The notes below the pieces were generated by a model. It worked only from the letters and a program-made list of their open reading frames with translations, was not told the DNA's origin and searched no databases. A stretch of DNA of 64,000 bases, taken from NCBI GenBank assembly GCA_024679065.1, contig JAGIQG010000012.1, forward strand, positions 55,242,001 to 55,306,000. Reading direction: 5' to 3'. This document shows positions 25,626-38,615 of this stretch, piece after piece; positions within the stretch are counted from its first letter, which is position 1, and the number at the start of each line of letters is the position of its first letter. The stretch comes from Sphyrna mokarran (taxonomy: Eukaryota). The translations under genes were made by a program, and so were the position numbers.

Positions 25626-26825
25626 TAGTCAAATAAAATTGACTACATACAAACAAAAAAAATAAACAGAATTATGCCCTCATTTGAAAACCATTTTACA
25701 CATGCAAAGCAGGGAAAAGCAAACTGCTTCTCTTGATATATTGCATCCAATATTTTTGACTTTATTGCATTGACTATGGCAACATTCAACATTTAGGAGA
25801 TCTGTCACACACTCAAGATCAACCAGAGCCTCAGGTATGCACCTTTCAAAATGGATCTGCTTTCAGACTCCAATTGCAGGCGTTTACATGTCCTTTCCAA
25901 AGACACATTTTTTAAATATACATTTTGGGATTCAATTCAGGTTCATGTTTCATTCCATTTAACACAGGTACGAAAATATTACCATTTAATCTTCTTTAAT
26001 GATTATTCTTTTCTGTGAATAGTTTAGATAATCTTAGTTACAGAAACTGTCTTTTTGGAAAACCAAGGTCTAAAATATAAAAACATATTCTACAATCCAT
26101 CCCTTCTAAAATAAGTATTAGATACACACGCTCATATTGTGAGCCCAGATGCAGAAGAAAAAAAAGTGTCCCATTTATCAAATTGATTTCCAGCAATGTG
26201 GCTAGATAGCTGGCCAAGTAGTATTTCTCCCGTTTCATATTGTGAAGTAATTGCTGCATTTCAAATTATCATAAACTCAAAAACATAACTATGTTTCCAA
26301 TTTCAAATATTTCAAAAAGTAACACAATAATATAGAATGTTGCTATTTTTAGTTAAATAAATAGGACCTGTAATTTATTTCTGGTCTTAGCTCTATAAAA
26401 CATCTGTTTTCTCACTATATAATTAGCATAATTAATGAATACTAATCAATCCAAACAAATGATTTTTTAACTCCTAAAATAAATCATTTTGATATCACAG
26501 TAGCTATTGACTCAATAATTTACTTATAGGCAATATATCACTCGTCCATTTACCACATGCTGAAAACTGCTATAACTCTTTTCTACAACTTCACTTCAGT
26601 GCAATGTGTCCATTCTCAACAGAAAAGCACTCATACATTTGTTTACAAGACATCGACAAATTTGTGATGTGTGGGTATCCCTTAGGGTAGGATAAATTTA
26701 GCAGGCTTGTCCATTCAATTGTTTACAATAAAATCACACATTTTTGCATCTTGCTAACAGATATAAATTGAGTTAAACACGATTACACTTCAGTTGTCTC
26801 TAATAAGTCTACTGAGATGATATAT

Positions 26826-27135
26826 GGGAAGGTGATGGTGTAATGGTAATGTTACTGAATTAGTAATCTAGGGCCCAGGCTAATACTCTGGTTCTCTACT
26901 CATGGCAGCTGGTGGAATTTGAATTCAAAATTAATATATTCGGAATTGAAAGTTAGTTTCAGTAATGGTAACAATGAAACCATTGTTAACTGTTGTAAAA
27001 ACTCTTCTCATTCCCTAATTTGCTGTTCTGACCTGATCTGGTTTGCATTTGACTCCAGATACACAGCAATGTGGTTGATTCTTAAATGCCTTCTGAAATA
27101 GCCGAGCAAACCATTCAGTTCTATCAAACCATTCG
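26826..27135 (+). mobile_element. LINE-A head / tRNA-derived SINE copy
   Basis: gatggtgtaatggtaatgttactgaattagtaatctagggcccaggctaat...gactccagatacacagcaatgtggttgattcttaa is homologous to 11298-11580. Confidence 0.8.
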
Positions 27136-27733
27136 GGTAAATGAAATGAGATGGACACAAGGGGAGATGGTGGCATAATGGTAATGTCACTGAACAAGTA
27201 ATCCAGAAGCTCAAGCTAATGTCCTAGGGATATGGGTTCAAATTTCACTATGGCAGCGAGTGGAATTTACCCCTAGGCATTGCTGGAGTTGCTCAAAATT
27301 GTGTCCTAGGCCCAACCATCTTTAGCTACTTCATCAATGACCTTCCCTCCATCATAATGTCAAAAACGGGGGTGTTTCTGAATAACTGCACAACGTTTAG
27401 CATTCGCAACTCTCAGACACTGAGATTGTCTGTGTCCATATGGAGAAAAACCTTGACAATATTTGAGCTTGGCTGACAAATAACATTCATACCATTTACA
27501 CCACTCAAATGCCAGGCAATGACCATCTCCAACAAGAAAGAATCTAACTATTTATTTTCAAAGCATTACAATTGCTGAATCCCCCATCAAACATCATGGG
27601 GAATTATCACTGACCAGAAATTGAACTGGCCCAGACATATAAATACCATGGCTACAAGCACAGGTCAGAGGCTGGGAATTCTCAGGTGAGTAACTCACCT
27701 CTTGATTCTCAAAGCTTATCTATCATCTGCAAG

Positions 27734-29421
27734 AAAGGAAAGGAAAGGATTAAGAAAGGAAACAGGGATAATCAAGGAAATTATAGACTGGTAAGCCTCA
27801 CGTCAGTGGTGGGGAAGCTTTTGGAGAAGATACTAAGGGACAGAACATATGCACATTTAGAAAACTATGGACTATTTAGTGACAAGCAGCATGGATTGTA
27901 TGGGGAAGGTTATGTCTCACCAACTTGATTGAGTCTTTTGAAGAGGTGATAAGATAATTGATGAGGAAAGGTGGGCGGATCTAATTTATATAGACTTTAG
28001 TAAAGCGCTTGACATGGTCCCACACGGCTCTCTGGTACAAAAACTAAAATCACATGGGATTCCAGGGATAGGCTGGTTAAATACACAAAAAGCTGGCTTA
28101 GTAATAGAAGACAGAGATAGTGGTGGAAGGGTGTTTTTCAGAAAGGAGATCTGTAGCTAGTAGTGCTCTGCAGGGATCAGTGCTGGGACCACCGTTTGAA
28201 GTATATATATATGATCTGGAGGAAAATGTGAGTGATCTGACTAGCAAGTTTACGGATGGCACAGAAAGTGGTGGAATTGCTGATAGTGCTGGGGATTGTC
28301 AGTGGATACAACATGATATAGATAGATTGGAGACTTCAGCACAGAAATGGCAGATGGAGTTTAATTCAGACAAATGCGAGGTGATGCATATTGGAGGATC
28401 AAATTTAGTTTTGAATTATACTGTAAATGGCAGACCCCTCAGGAACATTACCATACTAAAGGATACAGGTGTTCCCTAAAAATGCAACAAAGAGTTGGCC
28501 AAGCTGATTAAGGCAGCATATGGCAAATACAATGAGTGCAAGAGTTGGGAAATCATGTTGCATCTATACAAAATCTTGGTTAGACTGCACATGAAGTAAT
28601 GTGTGCACCACACTGCCAGAAGGGTGTGGAAGCTTTGGAGAGAGTGCAAAGAAGATTCATTGGGACATTGCCTGGTTTCAAGGGTGTTGAGGTGAGGTTG
28701 AATAAACTAGACTTGTTTTTGCTAGAAAGACAGAGGCTGAGGGGAGACCTGATAAGAGATCTACAAAATTATGAGAGGCATAGACAATGTGGATAGTCAG
28801 AAGCTTTTTACAAGGGTGGAATTGTCAATTGCAAGAGGACAGAGGTTCAAGGTAAGGGGTGGGGGGGGGAGAGTTAAAGGGAGATGTTGGGAGTGTTGGG
28901 GGGATTTTTCACTCAGAGTGGTGGATGCGTGGAATAGCATGGTGGCACAATGGTTGGCACTGCTGCCTCACAGTAGCAGGGACCCAGATTCGATTCCCAG
29001 CTTCGGTCACTGTGTGTGTGGAGTCTGCACATTCTCCCAATGTCTGTGTGGGTTTCTTCCCAGTGCCCTGATTTCCTCCCACAGTCAAAGATGTGTGGGT
29101 TAGGTGGATTGGCCATGCTAAATTGGCAATTAGTGTCAGAAGGACTGGCTAGGCTAAACACATGGGATTACAGGGATAAGGCCTGAGTGGGTTTGTGGTC
29201 GGTGCAGACAATGAACCGAATGGCCTCCTTCTGCAGCGTAAAAGGAGGTGGCAAAAGGAGGCACATTAGCAATATTTAAGAGGCATCTGGATGGGTACAT
29301 TAATAAGGAGAGAATAGAGAGATACAGACCAAGTAAAGGCAGAAGACTTTTCTTGAGTTAGAACATCATGATCGGCACAAACCGATTCTTGTTCTTGTGC
29401 TGTACTTTCCTCTGTTCTTTG
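27734..29421 (+). mobile_element. 5'-truncated CR1 LINE
   Basis: Peptides GNYRLVSLTSVVGKLLEKILRD, QGSVLGP...KFTDGT, WQMEFNSDKCEVMH and LERVQRRF. Confidence 0.92.
28936..29240 (+). mobile_element. HE1-like V-SINE nested in CR1
   Basis: ggtggcacaatggttggcactgctgcctcacagtagcagggacccagattcgattccc...ccgaatggcctccttctgca. Confidence 0.92.
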
Positions 29422-30550
29422 TACAAGGCACAAGTCAGAAGTCTGATTGCATAGTCTCCGTGTGTCTGAGTGAGCACAGCTCCAACAACAATCAAGAAGC
29501 TTAACACCATTTAGGACAAAACAACCTATTTAACTGGTACCCAGACTTCTGCAATGTTCACTCCCTCCACCCCGATGCACATTGGCAGCATTGTATATCA
29601 CCTACAAGGTGCACTGTGGCAACTCACCAAGACTCTAGACAGCACTTACTAATCAGTTGATTTCTACTATCCAGAAAGACATGGGTAGAAAATGCATGGG
29701 ATCATTACTACCTTCGAATTCCTCTTCAACTCGCATACCAACCTCCTTGGAATTATATCACTGTTCTTTCACTTTCGCTGAATCAAAATTTTGAACCCTC
29801 CCCCAACCTTTTTAACTGCATTATGGTTCAGCAGCTATGTCCGCAACACATGAACAAATAGATGTTAAAAATTATGTCAGAATCAGTTGTTTTACTGGGA
29901 GCAACAACTAAAGTTGAAATCTCAAACATTAAGCTCGTAGTTTGTTTCATTTTAATTCAAAACTTACTTCATAATATTTAGGTGTGAAGTGCTGAATATG
30001 CACGCTAGATGGTTATTTACATCATTTGCTCCAATTAGTTACACTATTATTTAAACATCTTATCTGTTGCAACTTGGGAGACAGTATTCAGAGGCATCAA
30101 AAGGTCAAATCACAGTTAATTCAGGAAAAAGAGGCTATGTCAGGAATTAATTTGTAAAAATACCATTCAACCAATGAAGCCTACTGTCTTGGGATTTACA
30201 ATTTCTGTGCATTATTAAGGTAATAATTCTAGTCTATTAAAAAGGACTATCAGCTAAACAATGTGCAGGAGGTGATTAGTTGCATTTAGTACTTTATTAT
30301 TAATAAAGGTACAACAAAGCTCACAGAAATAAGTGGATACTCTAAGGTAGAGATTCAAACAATCAGTAATTCAACAAGTTACTACTCTCCTTACCCAAGA
30401 ACGTTTCATATCATTTGACGTAATTTGCTTTCAATAGCTTTCATTGACGTCAACTGCACTCAATGGCAATCATCTTGCCATCATTTGACGGCAATTGTTC
30501 TCAAATGCTATCATTTGATGTCACTTTGACTCGCAATGATCTGGCTATCA

Positions 30551-30856
30551 CTCTATTTCAACTCCACTCAGGATTCATCAAAGTTCTTCTGGCAGCACCT
30601 TCAAAATCCACAACCATCAAGAAGGACAAAAGAGTCCCTAACTGTCCTGACTTGGAAATTTATTGCTGTTCTTTCACTGTCTCTGGTTTAAAATCCTGGT
30701 GCTTCCTCCCTAACAGTACTGTGGATGTACCTATATCTGGGGGACTACAGCAGTTCAAGAAGACAGCTCACCACCACTTGCTCTAGGGAAACTAGGCATA
30801 GACAATAAATGCTGGCGTAGCAAGTGACACCCATATCCAGTAGATGAATTAAAAAA
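30551..30856 (+). mobile_element. LINE-A 3' end with A tail and ctatca target-site duplication
   Basis: gctgttctttcactgtctctgg...cagttcaagaagacagctcaccaccac...aataaatgctggc...aaaaaaa, with ctatca at 30545-30550 and at about 30858. Confidence 0.8.
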
Positions 30857-32949
30857 ACTATCATTTTTAAAGAGCCATGTGAAGATAGATAAATGACAGT
30901 TATCAACTGACATCATTGTCCTCAATTGCCATCCTGCAGTGTACAGTTAAAATACAACCTAAATACCAGCTGTTTATGTATGCAGTGTGTAGAATCACAC
31001 ATCCCTATATCCCCACCCAATCTCTCCATCTGTCTCCCTGCTTGCCCTCCTGCCACATCCCTATCCCCTTCCCGAAATCTTCTTTCCTTACCCCAATCCC
31101 CCACTTCTTTTCCTTTACCCAACTGAGGTAAACTGTGACAAATTACAATACAAACAAACTTGCAGAGTGGGCTTGTTGTTCGTCAATGAATTTCCACATT
31201 GATCAGTATTATATTGTGGTAACAACATAATTTGAATACATTATGAATATGACTTCTTAATGGAGTTTTCAAACTTGATTTTAAAACTTCCACTGAAAAT
31301 TTCCTTCAAATTAAATATTTCAGAAACAAAACCTGATTCATGGCAACCATAGCCTCCACTTTTAGAAGATAAAACATTGTCAGATTTGAATGATCACAAT
31401 TATGTTCTTCATAGGTTAACTGCTAGGTCCCAAGATATGTAAAACCAGTTAAAAAAACAGTTAATGCATTCCAGAAGTGGGAGTGAAAGAATGATTCAGA
31501 AAACTGAGCGTGTTTGGAGAAAGAGACACGAGAAAGTTTGAAGGGAGTGGCATAGAGATGGGAGGTAGTGGGCTGGTGGCGTGCGCGGCAGGTGCGAGGG
31601 GGCGCGAAGGGGAAGAGGGTGGAGGGTGCGAGGCGGGAGAGGGCGGACGGAGTGGGAAGATGAGTGTAAGGAAACAGGGAGGAAATGTTGTGATGGGAGC
31701 AGATGGTCAGTGGAGGAAGGGGGTGCGGTTGGTGGATAGAGTTTTGACTCCAGGGACTTGGTAAGTGAATGGGTATAGACCCCGAAAAAAAATTGAGGAT
31801 TGATAGGGATCAGATTGCGGTGCCATACATGTACTATATAGCAGAACAATTTTTTTGGACTAAATGAAAAAGTTAGATATTATTTAATTAAATAATTTCC
31901 TTGTATTTTTCAGTGCAGTTTGGTGGATGCATTTGATATCTTGGAGCACCACACTATTGATATCAAATTCTTTCCATATTAGAACTATTGATGTCATATT
32001 GATGTCAAATTGTTTCTGAGAGCACTGTATACATACGAAAGCAAAAACGATGTCCCAAACTTTCAGTTGGGGCTCTTCTCAATCAAGATGAGAGACTCTT
32101 TTACACAATCCATAATTTATGATTTTCAATTATGCTTTGGAATACTGATTCTTCTCTTGCTTTCAAAGTTGGGCATGTATGTTTATTAATTCTGTCAATA
32201 TCAAAATGAATCAGAAACTGTGTTTCCAGAATTATCAAACACTATTCAGTTCGTTCAAATTCTTCTACATGTGCAGGTTCATTAGATGCCTTCATTAAGT
32301 GCTATCAAATTTGTAATCTTCAAAATATCATCACTTAATATTTAACACAGCTTATTTTGCATAATGACAGACCAATAATTTTGCTAATGCTGCTTTTGAT
32401 TTGGTCCATATTAGTAAACTTTAATTACTGTAACATAGGTTAGGTTAGGATAATAATATAACTAGTCAATTAGAAAAAAGGGGAAGGGATTCTTATGATG
32501 TGGACCAAACACTTTCTTGATCAGAGGAAAGATAATATTGGATGAGTTATGAGGAATGAAATTGGGCAAGTGGAAATGTTTTAGTTTGTAGACATCAGGG
32601 AACAGGGATCATAATATCAGGTTGCAAATAGTTAATAAAAAGACAATGAACATATCAATCATAATACTTAACTGGAGTAGTGTTTGTTTTAATAAATTAG
32701 AAAGGGATCAGGCTGGTAAACTGGAATCAAAAATTGGTAGGAAAAACAGTGAACAAGCAACGGCAAGTCTTCAAAGAGGAAATAGCTTGTTGTTAAGTAT
32801 ATGCACTCCCACGAAGGGAAAATGGTCATCCAAAACTTCCTGCATGACTAAACGCAAACAGAATAAAGTGAAACAAAAAACTAAAAACAAATGTAAAGTT
32901 GCTAATGTAGCAGTGAAGCAAAATGATTCCAAAAAGTGCATAAAAGTTC

Positions 32950-34615
32950 TAAAAAAGGGCATAGAAAAAATCCAAAAATAGACTATATACTAATATAAAA
33001 GAAAACTCAAATGTCATTAAAGAAAGGGTGAGGTCAATTAGGGACCAAAAAGCATGACTGAGGTACTAAATAAGTCATTTGCTTACATCTTCATCAGGAG
33101 GGAGGATGCTGTTTAACAGCCCTGAAAGGAAGACAGGTTTGTAATTTTAGATCAGATGAAACTACCTGGAAGGAAATACTCAAAAGATTGACATTACATT
33201 GACATTGGCATCCTAGTAAGCAAAGGTGAAAATTATGATCAGAGTCTTCCATCTCTCATGGCATGGCGCCAAAGAATTCCTGGATTGCAAATGTTTCCTG
33301 TTCAAAGGGGAGAGAAATGAACTTTGCTCTGTGAGTCAGTCAGCCCAACAACAGTGGGAAGATTTTGAGACATAATTAATTGGCACTTAGAAAAATTTGG
33401 GCCAATTAATGAAAGTCAGCATGGATTTGTTAAACATAAATTGTGTTTAACTATCATGATCTAGTTCTTTGATGAAATGAATAAGAGGATTCATGAGGAT
33501 AGTGCATCTCATACTTTGTGAACAAGCTTTCAAAAAGTGTTTGTAAGATTATCATATAATAGACTTGCTATTAAATTAAATGTCATAGGTTTAAACAGAC
33601 AGCGGCAGTATAGATACAAAATTGGTTAATGTATAAAAAGCTGAGTGTAGTGTTAAATGGTTGTTTTCTACATTTGAGTCAATTGTATAGCAATACTCTC
33701 TCGGTGTCTGTATCAGGACTAGTGCTTCTTTTGATAGATATCAGTGACCCATTCTTGGGTATACAGAGCATAATTTCAAAGTCTGCACCTGACAAAATTC
33801 AGAAATGTAGTAAATAATAAGTAAGGTTATAAGTCTCTTCATGAAGACATGCAGACTGATAAAAAGGACTGACATGCAGTAGATAAAATTTTAATAGAGA
33901 AAAGGGTGAAGTGATACATTTTGGAAGAATGAGGAAAAGTACTATAAACTAAATGTACAACTTTAAAAAGGGGGCTAGAACAGAAAGAAATTATAGGTGT
34001 ACATACAAAATCTTTGAATTGGCAAATCAAGTTGCAATGGATGTTAAGAAACATGTGAAAACAAGGACTTGATTAACAAAATCTTTATGAAATACTGGTC
34101 GATTCAGCTGGAGTATTTTGTTTGAATTCTGGGCACCAGACTTTAAGAAGGATGTCAAAGCCTTCAATAAAATGCAGGTGATTTACTAGAATAGTAGCAG
34201 GGATAAGGGCATTCAGTTCTGCAGAGAAATTAGGTAAAACTGGGTTGATCCTAGATTAGGGAAGGTTAGAGATGTTTAAAATGATGAATGGATTTGATAG
34301 TACAAATAAGGAGAAACAAATACCAATGGCAAAAGAATTGGTAATGCATATTTATCATGATCCACAAAGGAACTACTGGTGAGATGAAGAGAAAAAAAGC
34401 CGTTTTGGTGCCCTGGAAACCATAGCCTGTAAGGAAGGTAGAGATACGTGCAAAGATAATTTTCAAAAGAAAACAGGATGAATATTTGAATGGAAAATAC
34501 TTACAATGCTATGGAGATAGAGCCAGGGATTAGGACCAATTGGATAGCTTTATCAAAGAGCCAGCAATGGTGCAACGAACCTGCATTTATGCTGCATGTG
34601 ATTCTATGCTTCATA
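32950..34615 (+). mobile_element. Old CR1 LINE (RT region to 3' end)
   Basis: Degenerate CR1 landmarks: gaaagtcagcatggatttgttaa, gatacaaaattggttaa, gtgatacattttgg, cagctggagtattttgtttgaattctgggcacca, and the end gtgattctatg. Confidence 0.75.
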
Positions 34616-37411
34616 AAATTAGATAACACTGCAAGCCATTCTGTCCATCATGTATATGTCAATACTTTGTAAGAGATATCCAATTCATGTCATTCCTTGC
34701 TCATTCCCCGTGGTCCTCCAATATTTTTATTTTCAAACCCTATATATAATTTTCTTTCGAAAGTTACTATTGAATCTGCCCTGGCAATCTTCTAGGAAGT
34801 GAATTCCAGCTCATGGTAACATACTGTGTGAAGAAAATTCTTTAGCTCCATCTGGTTCTTTTACCAATTATCTTAAAATCTGTATTGTCTGGTTACTGAT
34901 CCTCTGCCAATGATAACAACATGTTTCCCCATATCTACACTGCCAAAATCTCTCATAATTTTATAAATAGTTGAGCTTTGATTTACAGAAAATAAATATT
35001 ACAATTGACTTGCAGATAAACTGGGCATTCAGAATTTGAAATCTAATCTCACTCAATTTGGACTATAGTGCAATTCACAGAAAATAAATTTAAATCTCTT
35101 CAGAATCACTTCAAAAGAAAGAAATACATTAACAATATAAGGAAACAAGATAAAAAAGAATGATCACATCTGTGAAAAAAGTAGAAAACGCAGAAGAAGA
35201 GCATAATGAAGGTGTAAAAACTGAACTTTAGCAGCTTGGCAACTCAAGTTTAACAGGATCTGCATGCCAACGAAGTAGTTACAGTACTGAGTCAGGTTCT
35301 GTGCTGTAACTTGGAAGTAATTTTGGTCAATAAGCTAATAACTGTTAACTGTTATAGTCATCTCAAATCACTATAGACCAGTCATTTATTGACCAATGAA
35401 ACAATGACAACAGTTATATACAGCACAGTTAATCTCACTGTCTTGACCATAGTATGACAGAAAGTTCCTGTGGGAATAGATCCAGGTAAGGAAAAAAATA
35501 AAGAAAAGCTAGATTGAAAGGCAAAAGGAAATCACAGGAAGATGCTAGAAGGAAAAAAAAATTGGAAACAAAAACAAATAGAAAAGGAGAAAAATAATGT
35601 AGAAGGACAGACACAAAGAGATAAAAAACAGAAATAAAAAAGACACAAACAAGGCAAATAAGGGAAATTAAATGTCAAATATTCCCAGACTTGCAAACTA
35701 ACATTAGCTTCTCAAGGATGGGGGGGATAAAAAAAAACAAGACTTCTATCTATTTCCATAGACTTAAAATGCAGGTTTGCAGGCTTGAAAATAAACTGTT
35801 GGAGATGTATCAAAAAAATGGATCAAACATTAGGTGAAGATTTATTGCAAGTAGTTTCATCTAATGCAAGAAAGATGAATTGATTTTGGTTAAATTAGAT
35901 ATAACTGACAATTCATTGGTAGGGAAGATGCATTATTTTCCAATTGTTATCCTCCTATGGTTTAAGTGATTTGTGCTCTATTGTATTTTACGAAAAGAAC
36001 AGAGGAACTTTCAATGATTTAGATTGTATGTATTAATCATACCCAGTAGCTGTGAACCATATATCTAAAACTGAAGAAGATTTTTGACATCTAATTCTGT
36101 GACAAGACTTTGGCGCTATATACCCTACTCATACCCATAATCTCAAATCCATTTACTGATACAGTTGAACAATTTTTGTTTTAATTCTATGAGGCTTAAG
36201 GTGTCACTGCATTTCTGCAACCAAATAAAGCAAGAGGAGAATATTTAGGCTTTTGTTTTTCTAATTTAACGTAAATAGAATTGAAACTAAATTAGCTAAA
36301 TTTAGATTCAAATAGTTTTCTTAAATTGGTGTATCATTATTTCCCTCATGTCTAAATGTGCTCAAAAATTAAAACATTCAAAATAAAATTGAAAACACTA
36401 GGACAAAGGAAAAAGAGATAATTGAGAAAGATTACATGACATGAAAAATGGAAGGATATCTAGCAGCCCATATTATGTGAATTTTTCAGTAAAAATACTG
36501 TAATTAATTGAAACTATTAACGCATCCACTGTTTCCCAGCATATTCCTACTTAAGTACTCACAATGCATACTGCTTTAGTGTGCATGACCATGAAAGCAC
36601 ACCAAAATAACAAACAAATATTTAATCCATTTTAATTCCTGAAACATTCAATAAAAGACAATAGTTTCTAATTTGCTAATTTACTTTTGGATTTTGCTAG
36701 TATCACACAAAGACAAAAAAAAAGACAATACAGATGAATTAAAATCCATGCTTCCTTTAACCCTATTATTTTGCTCTTAATTTAAACAAAATTTATACCT
36801 TAAGTCAAGAATACTAAACAATTCAGAGTTAAATACATCTGATGTTAGTTCAATCATAGCATAGTAGCTAGCTATCTCTCTCACAAACAAAAGTACGCAA
36901 TAGGAGGTAGTTTCTCTGTCTCTTGGCACAATTTTCGAATACATTGCCAGTGACCAAGAATAAAGAAAAATTTAGCAGTATGTTAATGCACACCTTTCAC
37001 AACATGATTTAAAGCTCAACATCTTTCAGGTTTTGGAGGAGGAATCAGTAGTATTTTTTTCCCTTTTTTCATGCCCTTTGCTGGTAACACCGTGGGTACG
37101 TCATATGTCATAAATACCATGAGAACTAATCCATCAGTTGTAATGGCTCCAATAAAACACCACTGTGAGATTGCAATAAGACTGGAAAATAGGCTACAAA
37201 TCCCAGCTATGCTCAGGCTCGCAATGAAGCGAGACAGAAAGGAGGTGGGAAAGGGATCAAGAGATAGATGGCCACCTGAACCATGACCAGAAAGGGCAGA
37301 GGTCATAGGCCAAGGTCTTCATAATATCTCCAGCACCTAACTTCAGTAAGGTAGTAGTCTAAGCTTTCATAACAGTTATACAGGACAAAGAGAAAGAATA
37401 AATGTGCTTAC

Positions 37412-37491
37412 TTTTGTGGAAATCTTCCTGGGTCCCTTTCTGCCATTTCTATTTGCCACTCCAGACAGTCGGGTGAGTCTTGCTTGAAACC
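37412..37491 (-). CDS. GPATCH2: GPATCH2 exon 5 (80 nt), GFQARLTRLSGVANRNGRKGPRKISTK
   Basis: Not in the ORF track; read manually. Acceptor gtttgatag and donor AAA|gtaagc, phase 1 in and 0 out. Matches human GFQARLSRLHG... Confidence 0.93.
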
Positions 37492-37992
37492 CTATCAAAC
37501 AAACAGTAGTTTAAGAGATTTTGATACAACCTATTTGACAGCTATTTCAGTTAAAAGGGGCAGGGACTGGACTTTGATCTCAGCCCTTTAAAACATTGCC
37601 AATCAAGCAAAAAGTAACTGGCAAATATAACTGTTAATTTTAATGGACAATGGTAATATCTTGATTTGGTAGGAGAAAGAAACATATTAACCCTTTGAGA
37701 ATTGCATTCATATCTTGGCATCAAAATCAAAGGCATCAGAAGTAATTAAAAAATGTATTCAGGGAAAGCCAAATTGGTAAGTGTTGAGTATTCATAGCCC
37801 ACAAATTTGAACATAAAAGATTCAGAATTATTTTTATAGGTCTCAATTTGCTCTTCACCTCAGACTCCATTTTCCAAGACCTAAATATTACTACTGCTTT
37901 GTGCATTTTATTTCTCAAATTTTCTCAATTTGAAAATTTGTACATCATATAACTTATTGTCCGTAATAAATGCAAATCTAACTGTACATAAT

Positions 37993-38615
37993 GTGTCAGC
38001 TGTGGGTCAGTGGGGACCACAATCACTTCAAAGGCAACAGACTGTAGATTCAAGGCACTCAAGAGACTTGAGCATGAGATTCTAGGTTGGCACTTCAATA
38101 CAGTATTGAGAATGTGCTGCATGGTTGGAGGATCCATCTTTCAGATTAACCTTTTCTCAAGTGGACATCAAAGTCCCCATGGCAGGAAGGAGGAAATGGG
38201 GGCAGGCTTTCTTCTTCGTGTTCCGGTCAGTATTTGTCAGCAATTAGATTATCTGGTCATTATCACAATGCCATTTATGAGACCTGGCTGCGCAAATATT
38301 GGCTGTTACAATTCTGAAATTATAAAAACATAAGAAATAGGAGCAGTGGTAGATCATTTTACTCTTTGGTCCTGCTTTGCCATTTAGTATAATCATGTTG
38401 ATTGGCCATCTCAACTCCACCTTCCCACATTATCCCCATATCCATCAATTTCTTTAGTATCCAAAAACCTCCACCTTTAATATTATCGATTATTGAGCAT
38501 TCAGCGCTCCGATTAATGGGTATTGGAACAAATGGTTACACTTCCAAACTTCTTCATTAAAGCATTTGAGATATCTTGAAGTCATGAAAGGCATTACATT
38601 AAGCAAGTTCTCTCT
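37993..38615 (+). mobile_element. Deu-domain SINE (SacSINE1-like) interrupted by an inverted CR1 3' end (about 38325-38510)
   Basis: tgtcagctgtgggtcagtgg...gagacttgagcatgagattctaggttggcacttc...gtggacatcaaagtccccatggca...gattatctggtcattatcaca, with tail gtcatgaaaggcattacattaagcaagttc. Confidence 0.7.

Larger units (their letters stand above)
27161..29805 (+). mobile_element. Internally deleted LINE-A (tRNA head fused to RT), interrupted by a CR1 insertion
   Basis: Head at 27161-27270 is followed directly by RT sequence gtgtcctaggcccaaccatctttagctacttcatcaatgaccttccc. It breaks at 27733 (catctgcaag) and resumes at 29422 (tacaaggcacaagtcag). Confidence 0.82.

Noticed and set aside
30405-30550. 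CRISPR-like repeat-spacer array
   Set aside because: The context is a vertebrate intron, the units are degenerate tandem repeats without unique spacers, and there are no cas genes.
32622-32981. Lys-rich 119-aa ORF
   Set aside because: A-rich decayed sequence immediately upstream of, and probably part of, the old CR1 copy.
1-37411. GPATCH2 exons 6-10 including the G-patch domain
   Set aside because: No sequence resembling the downstream peptides (for example NIGNRMLQNMGW) was found by eye or in the ORF track. They probably lie left of the window, although a diverged short exon could have been missed.
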